Source of the DNA: Lama guanicoe
Lineage: Eukaryota
Length of the DNA stretch: 64,000 nucleotides
Direction: 5' to 3'
Assembly: GCA_013239625.1 (NCBI GenBank)
Contig: MU054323.1
Coordinates: 16,930,029-16,994,028, forward strand
Shown: positions 37,801-49,884 of the stretch, piece after piece
Numbering within the stretch: the first letter of the stretch is position 1
How the letters are laid out: every line of letters begins with the position of its first letter
The notes under the pieces: model-generated
The model's input: only the letters and a program-made list of their open reading frames with translations
The model's database searches: none
Told to the model about the DNA's origin: nothing
Made by a program: the position numbers and the translations under genes

Positions 37801-38784
37801 TTGGTCTTCTTCCCACTGAACTTTGAACGCTACGTGTCCAGGCTGGGTCAGCACCTTAAATCGCTCCCTCCCCACCTATGTCTGGGCATCCTGCCCTCAA
37901 TTTTTAAAAAGCATCTTCAGCTACCCTCTTTAGCCCAGAAACTCTCCCCAGCTTGCAAGAGATTGGGAGTTCAGTGTAGAACAACCCTGCTGCTCCAGTG
38001 GATGAATTCTGGTCTTTTCCAGGCTGGCTTCCTTCCCTCACCTTATAGGACCTATGTTCCCCTGAGGTCCCAGCCTGGATCAGGGCCCAAAACCCACTTC
38101 ACTATGACGGCAGCTGGGGTCATGGCATGGTTCCTGGCGCTAGCAGAGCAGAACAAAAGGTGGGAAGTCAAGTGGAAAAGGCAATTGTTAACACATACTG
38201 CACTGTCTCTGGGTGGGCTCAGCCTTTTGAGAAAAGGCAGCCAGTGACCCAGGAGGCCAGGAAGACTGAGGGTGGGGGAGGGGTGACAGAACAGTCCTGC
38301 TGCCTTCAGCTGGGACCAGTAGTGAGTTCATTTTTGAGGAGAAGCAATGCCTATGTTTCTGTAACTTTAAGGAGGAAAGAAAGCAAAGACAAAGGGACAG
38401 ATGGACCTGTGCACAGAGGATTCTCAAGTAGCAGAATCTCCCTGGCTTCTCCACTCCTACTTCCAAGTGATGGGTCCAACTCCTCTGCCATCTCTGTCCT
38501 TCCTAATGCAGTATATGATTATATTAAGTAGATTAAAGGTGTTTTTGACCATGAAAGGCATGCTGCATCTCTAGAAACAGTTTTGCACGCGTCTGTGTTC
38601 ATTTTAATTCAATTAGCAAACTTGAATTGCTCACACTGATTTTCGATTCTCAAAGACAAAAAGAATATCAATGCAAAATTTTATGAGTTTGTAACCTATG
38701 GCACTCCCTGTCCCTAATAGCAATGCCCTTAAAAAGCAAGTTATCAGAGGCCGGTGATCCAGGCTTGTTTAAGAAAAAATTATT

Positions 38785-38852
38785 TTACTGGTGGGAAGTT
38801 GGAGAGGTGACTTCCAAGGTCCCTTCTAACTCTAAGCTTTTCTGACTCTAAG
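38785..38852 (+). mobile_element. MIR3/L3 3' tail
   Basis: GTTGGAGAGGTGACTTCCAAGGTCCCTTCTAACTCTAAG...TCTGACTCTA. Confidence 0.6.
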
Positions 38853-39549
38853 GTTCATGAACACCAAGTTGTAGGGCAAGAAAAGCCATCTAGCAACCAG
38901 GGTTTAAAAAAGACTTGACAACGTGTTTTACCCAAAGCAAAGTGAGCCCAAACATTTCAAACAAGAGCTGTCAACGAAAAATGTGTTTGCAAACCAGACA
39001 GAATTTAAAATAAACTTCAGCCGGCGAATGATAAACCTTCCCTAAAAAGGTAATCAGATGGTGAGTGACCAAACTTTGGAAGCAGTATTAGGAAACATTT
39101 CTACACCATCCCAAATGCTTTCACACTTTAACCCCAAATGGGCCAGTGCACTTGTTTTGGGGGGTCACAATTTGAGACGTTAGGATTAATGCATCTTATT
39201 CAGCACACAGAGATGGGAAAGCTGCAAGAAATGGAGTATGTGGGGGCAGCTCTGAAAGGGAAAGCAAAACAGGCCAAATCTTGAGGACTGTGGTGCAGAA
39301 AGGAAGAGGTAAACGTGGACAAGCTGCAGACCCAGGGCCACGTGAGCAAGAGGTCCTGAGGACAGCAGGACATGCCTCCATCCAGTTGCTGATGCTTAGG
39401 GCAGGGGTGGACTACCTTCCTCCTTTCTCCCTGATTCCTTCCCACACCTTCAAGGCATCACATTCGGGAAAGTTCTTCTTCCTTTGAGGCCCATACCATT
39501 CATCCACACTAACTTTTAGTAGAACTGGGGTGAGGGTTTGGCTTTGACT

Positions 39550-40140
39550 TTATTTTAAATTTTTCTTCATTGTGAAATAGATCATTCTTACAAAAGTGTG
39601 TGTGTAACATGTATGTACAGTTTACAGAATAATAATAAAAAACCAAACACCCACATGCACACCAACTTAAGAAATTAACTATTGCCAATAAATTGTAGGC
39701 TCCTCTGGGCCCGCCACTTCCCAACTGTCTTCCTGTCCCTTCCCACCCCAGGCAAGACACTGACCTGATAAATGTGTTATCCACTCCTTTGCTTTTCTTT
39801 CCAGTTTCAATCCATGGGTCATACATCCCTAACCACTAAATTGCTTAATGGTACCTAGTTTTAAACTTCATATAATGAATTCATGTGATGGTCGCCTTTG
39901 GATTTGTTCTTTAGGGTCAACAGTATTTTTAAAATCCGTCCATGTTTATGTGTGTACTGGTAGGTTGTTCATTTTCTTTGCTCTATGGGATTCCAGTGTA
40001 CGATCTTAGCACCATTGCCTCTCTATTATTTGTGGACATCTGGACTGCTTCCTTTCTTAGTTATTACAAACAAAGCTATTACAAGCACTCTCGTCTGCAT
40101 CTCCTGTATAATATACGTGCAAGAATTTCTTAGGGCAGAG
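39550..40140 (-). mobile_element. Ancient L1M (L1MD/L1ME-like) 3' region
   Basis: TTTTTCTTCATTGTGAAATAG...CACCAACTTAAGAAATTAACTATTGCCA...GTGGACATCTGGACTGCTTCC...TGCAAGAATTTCTTAGGG. Confidence 0.75.
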
Positions 40141-42234
40141 CTGCTCAGAGAGTGGTCTGCAGACCACTGGTGCCCAAACTGCTGCTGCTTTACATGAGAT
40201 AAGGAACTTAGACCAGGCTGTCTGGAAACTACATTACTAAGTCCACTGTGTGTAGTTCAACTGGCGTGTTTTCAGAGCAGGACTCTAATTGCAGAGGAGC
40301 AGCTGATTCACACTGTGGCCAAGCCCCTCATTTCTTGGGAGGAGCACTGGGTACCCTCTGCCTTTTTCCTTCACCTTCATCTATCAACCTCCAGCTCATC
40401 ACTCTTTAATCAGTGACGACACTGGCCCCCATGCAACACCAAACCAAACCAAAAATTCTCAAGCAAACAGGGGGATCTGAGGCCGCCACATTGTGGTAAG
40501 GGTCACTCCCCTCTTTCCCCTACAGCTCAGGTATCAGGTATCAATGGTTTTGCTTGGGGTGCGCCATGACCCCATCTCTGATCCCACACCAGGCCTGCCA
40601 AAGCCTACTTTACCAGCAGTTTCCACTGCGGACATCACTCAGAGTGCCATGTGACACCATGAGGAAGGCTGTTTTACGACATCCAAATATAACCCGCATA
40701 CATGTGGAAGGGAAAACAACAAAACCACAAAACCCCAAGAAGAATTTTCGACAGCAGCTGGGACAGCTGGGGATATGCTTGATGAAAAAAAAAGACAGGA
40801 AGAAGCATCAAGCAAAGAGCTCTAAGAAATAGCAAGAGTCTCCCAGGAAACATTCGGCCCAGAAATAATTCTTTTCAAAGACAGAAGGGGCTTTTAAACT
40901 GTTTTACTAGAAAAATCCGAAAACCTCTGCGGGCATTCTGTCTGTCCCTGTTTAACCTGAAGGGGGTCACAAAGCACAAGCACATCCCCATCACTGCCTG
41001 GAGCGGAGGGACCAGAGCAGCAGGTTGCCTCACCCCTACCCCTAGGTGGACACCCAGGTGTTCTGGGGTCACCCGGCCACAGTCTGTTTTAGGATCTGCC
41101 CACCTTGGGCAGGCTCCTGTAGTAGATTATCTTGGTGCTTCTCCCAGATTCGCTCAGATCTCTTTCAACAGGTTTCGTGCCCTCCCTTCAGTGAGTTTTC
41201 GCTCTCTTATAGGACTGCTCTGGGGCTGCTAAAACCCACTCTTTCTGCAACTAAAAGAGCTGAAGGTGGCTGGCAACTTAACCCCCCACCTGTGGCCCTC
41301 AGCCAAGGAATGAGGCTGGGGGAGCATGAAAGCCCCCCTCCCCTGACTCAGGTTGGGACAACTCTGTCTCTCCTACCGGAGTGCATGGGCTGCACATTTG
41401 AGAACTCTGAAAAGTTAACAGTAGCACGTGAACCAGAGGAAAAGATGGAGATTCAAAGCACTACCAAACTGGGGGTGAGATTGCCATTATTTTTTCCTGC
41501 AGTACCTCCCTGCCTGAACCCAAAGCAGCTCAATACCCAGAGGCAGACAGTGGGGCACAGACCGTGAGAGCTCTGTGGGGAGCACTCTGGTTCTGGCTCA
41601 AAGCAGAAACGGGAATGTATTTCTAAGGCTCAGACAGGACGGGAGAAATCGCCCACTTTACTGTCTTTTCCTTTTTCCTTTATGCTTCTTGCAGGCCCAG
41701 CCCCCAAGCAGTCCCAGCACCTGGTCCATGGCACTGAGCTCAAGAAGTGGAAGCAATTAATATTGATGAATGAATGATGGCTATTGAGCACCAGGCTCAG
41801 GACTGGTCATCTCATCTCAACTCAGTAAGAATGATGTCAGACCTAGAAGAGGGAAGTTGGAAAAGAAAGTTGTGCTTCTTTTGAGCTTTAGTCCCCACCT
41901 CCCACTTAGGGCATATCACGTTATCGTCCTTCCTCTCCTGTCTTTTCCTCCCTCAATCAAAAGAAGAGAGAAGTGTGTACCTGAGAGAGTGCGTTTCTCA
42001 GGAGTTGAGGAAGATTAAGACTCATTTCCTCACCCTCGGCTTCCAGCCCCACTGAGGCTACTATTAAGTCACAATTAACAAGAGCAGACAGTTAGAAAGA
42101 GCACTAGACTTGGAATCAGGAGACCTGGATTTAAAGCACAGGGGCGTCTCTCACAGCTGGAATGTCTTGGCATTTTATTACCGGTAGACACCCCGAGAGC
42201 TCCAAGGGGGGCAGGCAGAGGCCTGTGGTGCTTT

Positions 42235-42465
42235 AGGGCTATGCTTTTCAAACTGGGAACCAGGAAGGCCAGGAAATCAGTTAGTATGCTGGCTGACATT
42301 TCTGAATAGAATAGAAAATAACTTTACTTCACACTCCATCCTATGGTAAGGTTAGGAACTGTTTTGCAAAACTTTCATTACTCTGTGTGTGATGTAAAAG
42401 GTTAGTTTTTTTTTTTTTTCTTTAACCATGGGTCACTGTCAAAAATGTTTTGGAAACTCTGCTTT
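42235..42465. mobile_element. hAT-Charlie-type DNA transposon remnant
   Basis: Termini TGCTTTTCAAAC and GTTTTGGAAACTCTG; internal ATGGGTCACTGTCAAAAA. Confidence 0.5.
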
Positions 42466-42686
42466 GAGGGATAACTTCTAGCCAAACCTCTAGTTGTTAC
42501 AGTTAAATGCTTTTATATTCTTCACAGATGTAAAATACACACACACACAAACTTTTTTTTAACACAGTAATAAATAAAATTTGGGGCTATTGTAGTAAAG
42601 ATCCAATTAACCAGAATGCTCGGGGAATTTAATGTCCTGGTTAATTGAATCTCTGCATTAATGAGGACAAATTAAAAATCCTTGTC

Positions 42687-42799
42687 GGGGGGAGGGAAAT
42701 AGTTCAGCAGCAGAGCACATGCTTAGCATGCACAAGGTCCTGGGTTCAGTCCCCAGTACCTCCACTAAAAAATTGTAAGTTAATTAAATACATTTTTTA
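42687..42799 (+). mobile_element. tRNA-derived SINE of camelid Vic-1 type with 13-bp TSD
   Basis: GGGGGGAGGG head, A-box-like TAGTTCAGCAG, B-box-like GGGTTCAGTCCC and an AT-rich tail; TSD AAAAATCCTTGTC (42674-42686) and AAAAATCCTTATC (42800-42812). Confidence 0.88.
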
Positions 42800-43461
42800 A
42801 AAAATCCTTATCAGGACACAAAGTCACAGAACTTCACTGGTGGAAGAGATCCGGGACGTCAGTGTTCATCAATTCTCTCTCTCCTCTGAGCAGAAGCTGA
42901 GGCCCAGAAGGAGGAAGCGGCTGGCCACGGGCTCGGGGGCCACAAATCACCTGCTCAAAGCTCCTGTGAGATCGAGGTGAACCTCAGGCAAATCATCCGT
43001 AACCCTTGGGGTTGCTTCTCAAAATAAAATCTCAGCTTTCAGCTTGTCTTTGCCATTTTCTTTTTCTCATAGGTCAGTGCAGTTGGTTTTGCAGAATTTA
43101 GAGCAAACACCAAAGATCTGCTGGTAGCATCGAAAGGTTGGCGTAATCAAGCATCTCTTTCCTTCTCCCTCTCTCTTCAATCTCTCTGATTTATTAGAAT
43201 TCATTTTTCTTTGTTCCTTCTTTGCTTCTTCACGTATATTATTAGTATTCCAGACACAGGGTGAGACCTTACATTTTTTTATATATATTTATATTGCTTG
43301 AGGATAAGAGAGAGGCTCTTTTCATTCTTGAAATTCTCAAAACCATCCCTATGACCACAGTTTGCTACTGTTTCTGCCTGCAAGCTATTCTTTAACTCAC
43401 TCCATCATGTAGAAACCAAAATGCCAAGCAACGTCTTCCAGTGACATGAGCTGTTCTCTGC

Positions 43462-43830
43462 ACACATTCAGTCTTTCAACACATGTATTCAAGCACCTAC
43501 TGTGTGTCAGGCACTGTACCAGGCACTAGGCATCCAGCAGAAAAAAGAAAAAAACAGAAAAATTCCTCCCCTTTATTATTTCTAATGATAATAAATAAAC
43601 AGTAAACAAATCCAAAAGTAAATTTATGGTATGTCAGATGGTAATAAGTATGAAAGAAGTAAAAAAAAAAAGAACGTAAGAGAATAGGGATTGCTAGGGG
43701 TGGGTCATTACTATTTTACAGGAGTGAGCAGGGAAGGTCTTGCTAATCAAGGTACAGAGAGCTAAAAGGGTTAAGGGAGTAAGGTGGTCACTCTGGGAGA
43801 AGAGAGTTCCTGGCAGAGAAAAAAAGCACA
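43462..43830 (-). mobile_element. L2a 3' end
   Basis: TTCAACACATGTATTCAAGCACCTACTGTGTGTCAGGCACTGTACCAGGCACTAGG...GGTATGTCAGATGGTAATAAGT. Confidence 0.85.
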
Positions 43831-44099
43831 AGTGATCAGCATTTGTGTCAGGCTACTGGTACACTCTCCATCATGTACCACCAGTGATTTCTGACTTATT
43901 AAACCCTCCTCACCAGCGACACAGTCCTAGAAATTATTAGATGTTGATTTAGGGATAAGTTGCATTTCATTCACAAGCATAGGTGCCACGTTCAGGGATT
44001 CTGTAATGATCCCTTGGCCTCAATATTAGTGACCAAAAATCACTACTCACAGAGTTCAGTGGCAAGATGGTAATAAGAGCATTGCAAAGGAGGGCGGTA

Positions 44100-44520
44100 A
44101 CCACAGGAAAGTCTACGGGGATTTCGAGCAGAAGAAAACAGCAGTTACGAGGGCACAGAGCTGAGAAGGCAGACGGTGCAGGCAGGGATCCTCAAGTTAT
44201 CTGGCATGGTTGGAAGGTGAGTCTCAGGAAACCGGGATCGAACTGGGGAGAAAGTAGGAGAAACCCTACTTTCTGTAATAATATTAAAATCTCTCCTGGT
44301 TGCAACCTAAAAAGCACTATGGAGTGGGGTGGGAGGGTGCTTTGAGGAGAGAGGCACCAGAGAGGTAGACAGGGGCCACATCAGAGGGTCACAAATTTTA
44401 ATATTTGAAGCAGAGGAATGATATGATCAGATTTGCCTTTTATAAAGATTCCACTGATACCTAGAAGATGAAAAGAGGGAGAGACTGGAAGCAGGAGAAT
44501 CAATAAGGAGGCTGAAGACG
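44100..44520 (-). mobile_element. L2 fragment
   Basis: TTTGAAGCAGAGGAATGATATGATCAGATTTGCCTTTTATAAAGATTCCACTG...AGACTGGAAGCAGGAGA. Confidence 0.65.
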
Positions 44521-45144
44521 TTGACAGGCCCGGAGTCCTCCAGGTGCGACGTGCAGATGGCCCTGCCTGAGAGACTGACAGAAGACCCAGGAAGAAGGGT
44601 GAAACTGACACACGCTGGAGATGGACCGGATATCGGGGCACAAGCAACAAGCGTCGAGGAAAAGGGAGTCATTCCCTCATAGAAGACAGAGCAAGAATAT
44701 AAAAACTATGTTTCATAGGCTGTTTGGAATTCCTCAAATGACCGCTGTAATAAAGACAAGGGTTATTACTTTCACAGATGATCGCTTCAACATGCAGTTG
44801 TAGAACTGGCCAATTAATTTGGGTTAGTAGAGTCCAACTACAGAATATCATAAAATACAAGATAAAACATAAAATATTGTGGTCAATTCTTCAAAAGCCA
44901 TACCAGGATTGTGGATATAATCTCTTCCTTGGAGGATAAATGAATATTATCCTTTCGTCGGAAGCTAGACATTCATTCCTACAATGCTGCCACTGCTGAG
45001 GACTAATTGGGACTTCTTTCAAGGATCTCCCTTCCTGATCATGTCCCAGGAGCAAGAAAATCTTCATCCTTTCAGAAAGAATCTGATATTTAGAAAAGAT
45101 GGAATGTCATTTGCTACAAGCAGATCACTGGCTGCATAAGACAG

Positions 45145-45342
45145 GGTAGGTGGGGACATGGGATGGGAGGCATGGGATACAAGAGACACCAGGAAACTTT
45201 GGGGGGGATGGATGTGTTTATTATCTTAATTGTAGTGATGGTTTCATGAATGTATACATATGTCAAAACTCATCAAAATGTATACTTGAACATGTGTAGT
45301 TTATTGCACATCAACTGTATCTCAATAAAGCTGTTTTTCAAA
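45145..45342 (+). mobile_element. L1M 3' terminus
   Basis: GGAAACTTTGGGGGGGATGGATGTGTTTATTATCTTAATTGTAGTGATGGTTTCATG...GTCAAAACTCATCAAAATGTATAC...CTCAATAAAGCTG. Confidence 0.85.
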
Positions 45343-47844
45343 AGTTATTTGTTGCAAAGAATGATCATCTAAGGCTCATCATCCCACTAAGAAATCTCCC
45401 TTTTTATTTTTTTTAATGAAAAGATAAGAGACTAGTTTTCTTGTGTGTCTTCCAGACTGACTTGAAGGGAATTCTCAATCACAGGTTGTTCTTTGTATAA
45501 AAAAATAAAAGAAAAATTATGGAAGAATCACTGAAACGAGTGATCTGCCCCCATTACAGGACCGTCCTCATGTGTGCATGTAAGTCCTAGAACATGTCTG
45601 TAAATTCTGCAGGCAGGCCCTGTAATCTAGATTGGAATCCAATCACTTGGTATTTCCTGGTTCTTCTACTCCCTCCCCACGAGGCACAGCTCTCGGGTCT
45701 CAGGTTTCCCTTTGCCTCGCTCATCTGCACAAAGGGCTGGGTGAGAACAAGTATCACTGCTGCTACTACCTGGGGCTTGGGTTTCCCACATGCAGGACCA
45801 GCCTTACGGAGCGGGGACCCCAGAAAGGTTTCCTTGGCCCACCCCAACAAAAAAATCATTCTCTGGCCAGTCTCTCGTTGCCTGGATGTCTGTCCTTAAA
45901 GGATTTCTTCCTTTTAGGTTAACTGTCCCATCTCCCAGAATCCCATCTGAAAATAAGACCCTGGACTGGGTGATGTGCCACAGGGGAGAGACAAGGTGGC
46001 CAGGAGGCACTGTGAGGTGGCGTCCAAGCATGGAGGCCACTAATGGAGGGAAGGGGAGTCCAGAGAGGGGAGACAAGGCGCCACAGAGGACCTAAGCTAA
46101 AGCTAATTCCCCATTTCCTTAGTCACTTATTTCTTCATTCAACATGCATCTCCTGAGCTCCAATATCCCCACCTTCCTTTTGCATTTTACACTTAGCTGT
46201 GTAAAACAGGAAGCTTGGTCAAGTTGATCAGCAAGCTATAACAGCATGTTAACATACATCGACAGCAAGAGAGCTGGTCTCTGAATCAGCGGTTGGCCCC
46301 ACCCTGACTCAGAGGGCAGGTGCTCATATCGCACCTTTAGCAGCAGTTTGGAATTAAATGAGACAGAATATTGACAAATGGAAGTTTCAGAGAAGTATTA
46401 AAAACATGAATGCAAAGCAGGTGGGAATAATATCAAAATGGTTCATCTAAAAATAGTCTAATTCCATCTAGTGGCCAAACCCTATTAGGTTTCGTGTTCA
46501 TTTGGGTTCACAGTTTGTCGGGAGCCAACAAAGGAAGGGAGGAGGGTCTTCATGATCTTTATACTCAACCACACAGTGGCCTACCCTCCAAAGCTGAGCC
46601 CAAAATGTAGAGTAATAGAGACCAGGAAGAAAATGTTGAACATGGAGCTGTCAGGAGCCGGGAAGGTTTGGAAGGATTTAGAAGGAAAGTTAGTAAGGCT
46701 TTGAAATCCTCCTTTTGATCTGTCTCCCTTCAAACAAACGAAGTCAAAACCACACCTGTACACTTGCTGAACATCTGGCATCCCCTGCGTGCCAGGACCC
46801 AGATGGCTGGGCCCAGGGGCCGTAAAGGCGAACGAAGCAAGGCCCCAGAGTGGAGGAGGTCGTATCACACGCAGGAGTAACCCAGGACAATGGTCCTGAA
46901 AAGCTCAAGGCATCCTCAAAGCTCACCCATGAGTCTGGCAAAGGCGCAGCTGCCCAAGAAAGTCCACTGTTGGGAGAGTGTCGGGATCAGAACCCAGGAA
47001 GGGGCTTGTGGCTCCTACCCACCCTCAGCTCTTTTACAGAAACTGCCCTCTGACAAAGGCCTGGACCCAGGGTCCTGGGTGTCAGACCATCTGACCCTGC
47101 GCTCCTGCCGCGCTCTCCACCACCACAGCTGACTGCCTAGCCAGCGACCCAGAACAGAGGCCTGGACCCCTCGGCCTCTTTCACAGCAATGACAGCAGTT
47201 TGCGACGCAGCCTCGCTAGGTCAGGTCTTACCACGAGAGCTTCATTTTCACCTACTGCTGTTTGCACCCCTGCTCTGTTGAATGCCCCATTCTCCTGGTG
47301 ATTTAGAGGAGGCCAAACAGGTCACACGTGGCCAAAGGCAAGAGGGAGCAATCAGGGAGAGAAACAGAGGAAGCCAATGGCAGGACAGAAGGCAGCAGAC
47401 ATACAGGACGGCCAAGCCACGTGGAGGACCCTGGAATGAAGGTCGTCGTGCCCTCTACAGCGTCCCCGGAGACAGACAGGATCCAGAGCCACCCATCCAG
47501 CCTCTCCTCTGTGAGTTCTGACCCCCGCTGGCTGCTCTCCTGCGTATATACGTGAGGGGCTTCTGCTCGGCCTGGAGTGTTACCGCTCTTACAAAAGCTC
47601 CCACTTTCTGAGGGTCCCTACCTGTGAATGAGCCACATGGCAATTTTGCAAGAGGTCTGCTGTCTCTGCGGAGCCCGATGTGGTCCCTGGGATACCAGTG
47701 AGGTCTTCCTAAGAACGATGAAGTCTCAACCTCATGGGGCCCTTTGCCCTTTGGAAACAAAGAGAGTGAACTCACAGGCTCTGTTTCCCTTCTAAGCACT
47801 TACTTTTTTTCCCCCTAACAAATCAGCTTGCCAAAGTTTAGAGG

Positions 47845-48070
47845 CAGCAATACGGCGCCATAGAAATAAAACTAGAGCAAGGAGGGTCACAAAATTTGTA
47901 CCTCCCTTAATTAGCTGCATGAGATTGGTCAAGCAATTTAAGTCTCTGTCCTAGTTTTCTCATCAGAAATACAGGACGAATATCATCTGCCCTACCACCT
48001 GGAAGATTTTTATGAAAATCACATTAAAATTGGCATAAGAAGCCTTGGAAAAACATGAGTAAGAGCTATA
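47845..48070 (+). mobile_element. MIR
   Basis: TTAGCTGCATGAGATTGGTCAAGCAATTTAAGTCTCTGTCCTAGTTTTCTCATCAG. Confidence 0.6.
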
Positions 48071-48306
48071 CTATTTCATGAAATGTAAATGAGGATGGGA
48101 GGTATGAGGCTGGCACCACGCAGGTCAACCAGCCATGAAGTCACTACCACCTCCCCTCTGCCAAGCCTGATGTAATCAGCACTAAAGAAGCCAAACGATT
48201 AATATCTGGATCTCCCCCAAAATGAAGACCCACAAGTGCTATTAACTCCACAGGGGCATTAGCAGAATTGAAATGTATACCCCCAGCCCCCATCTCCATT
48301 TTCTCT

Positions 48307-48378
48307 AGATAGACAGATGATCAGTAGATAGAGAGAGAGGGAGAGAAAGACAGTGAGATAGAAAGAAAGAAAGGTAGG
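48307..48378. repeat. GATA/GA/GAAA low-complexity microsatellite
   Basis: AGATAGACAGAT...AGAGAGAGAGG...AGAAAGAAAGAAAGG. Confidence 0.7.
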
Positions 48379-48379
48379 T

Positions 48380-48780
48380 AATCAGGACGCTTCCAGCCCC
48401 AGGTAACCATATAACCCAGCTGTAGTGGCTTACACAACAGAAAATTTAGAAAATTCTCATAAAATTTCCAATGCCAAGGTTAGTTCATTTAGTGGTACAC
48501 GGGTTCACTGGCTGCCACAGGGATGCACAAGGGCTGCCACAGCATCACACAGTACATTCTCTCCCAACCACATCCAAAAGCAGGAGGGAAGATTTTTCTT
48601 AAATGTCTCTTTTTATTAGGGCAGAAGACTTATCCCAGAATGCTCCCCTCCTCACACACACGCCCAACACAGACTCGGCTACATAAGAGGCTGGAAAGTG
48701 GGAGTGGGCACTGCCAGCAAGGGAGAAGTGGGAGGCAGGGGTGCAAGGGGGTGGCACGGAAGAGGCAGCTGTAGGGTTGC
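48380..48780 (-). mobile_element. MLT1-type (MaLR) LTR remnant
   Basis: GTGGCTTACACAACAGAAAATTTA...TCTCATAA...GGCTGCCACAGCATCACA...GGCTACATAAGAGGCTGGAAAGTGGGAGT. Confidence 0.6.
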
Positions 48781-49429
48781 TGAGAGCATTTGGGTGCACA
48801 GAATGGAGTTCATTCTCACTAAGAAGAAGGAATTTGTTTTTAGGGTATTAACTGGCCAACAAAATCGGGCTGAAGAAGCAGATTCTGAGTTGAGCATTCA
48901 GGAAAAAGTCTTCAAGTCACCCTGCAGAACTGGACCACCAAGTAAGCTGCTGCTGGTCTGCACTCAGAAAACCAAAGAACCACACTGCCATGGCCACGCT
49001 CGGGAAGCCACAGTACTGCTCCCAGCTCCATGACTCCACGGTGTCTGCTGTGGACCACACTGGCTCAACAAATGACCCACCCTGCCTCTTGACATCCACA
49101 AGGCTAGGGCCTGGGCACTGAGGTCTCCCCTACAGCTACTACTCAAAAACCAAACACCTCTGCAACTGAATTTGCTGGAGTCTTGGCCCCATCTCAGTTC
49201 AGTGATCCGAGCTTTACAAGGGGTCATCCAATAGGCAGGATCAAGTCACAGCAGAAATTATAGCTGAAAAAGAGTCAGGAGGTATAATGGTTAGCTCTCA
49301 ATCCCTTGCAATACAGGAAGGCACTGGAAGAGGATGGAAGATACGGAGTTCCAACTCCACCAAATCACCCACAGCAACCGACTATGTCTGCCACACCCTT
49401 CTTCTGGCTATGGCTTCTCACTCATTAGA

Positions 49430-49858
49430 TCAGCCCATATGTTCAAGAGGAGAGGGGAGGAGGTCTATCTATGATTCTAGTAATGCAGCACATGACAGTG
49501 TATCTCATTTTTCTGGCCACAGTAATAGACTCTGGCAGACTCTTGACATAGGGCTGTTCAAGCTGCTCAAACCCCCAGGGTTTGGCACAGGCTCCTGCAA
49601 AGGGAGCTTGCTCCTTCCAGCTGAGCATGAACCTGGAAAATCTGGAGTTGCCACACCCATCTTCCATTGCAACAGAAAAGCCTATCTGAGAATGAAGCCA
49701 GCTGAGACAAGGCAAAGCCAAAAGACAGAGAAAATCTGGGATCTGATGACATTTTAACCCGCTGGATCCAGCCATTCCTGAAGTCATCTGAGCTTTTTTA
49801 GGCACATAAGCCAATATCATCTCTTTCCATTTAAGTCGATTTTAATTGTGATTTGCAA
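49430..49858 (+). mobile_element. MLT1-type (MaLR) LTR remnant
   Basis: TGAGAATGAAGCCA...CTGATGACATTTTAACCCGCTGGATCCAGCCATTCCTGAAG...ATAAGCCAATA...TTTAAG...TTTGCAA. Confidence 0.75.
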
Positions 49859-49884
49859 TAATAATAATAATAATAATAATAATA
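49857..49884. repeat. (AAT)n microsatellite
   Basis: About 9 consecutive AAT units. Confidence 0.95.

Noticed and set aside
41046..41567. 173-aa plus-strand ORF
   Set aside because: GTG start, no domain similarity and no supporting splice structure.
42687..42770. tRNA gene
   Set aside because: A and B boxes are present but degenerate, there is no cloverleaf, and it has an AT tail and TSD, so it is a SINE.
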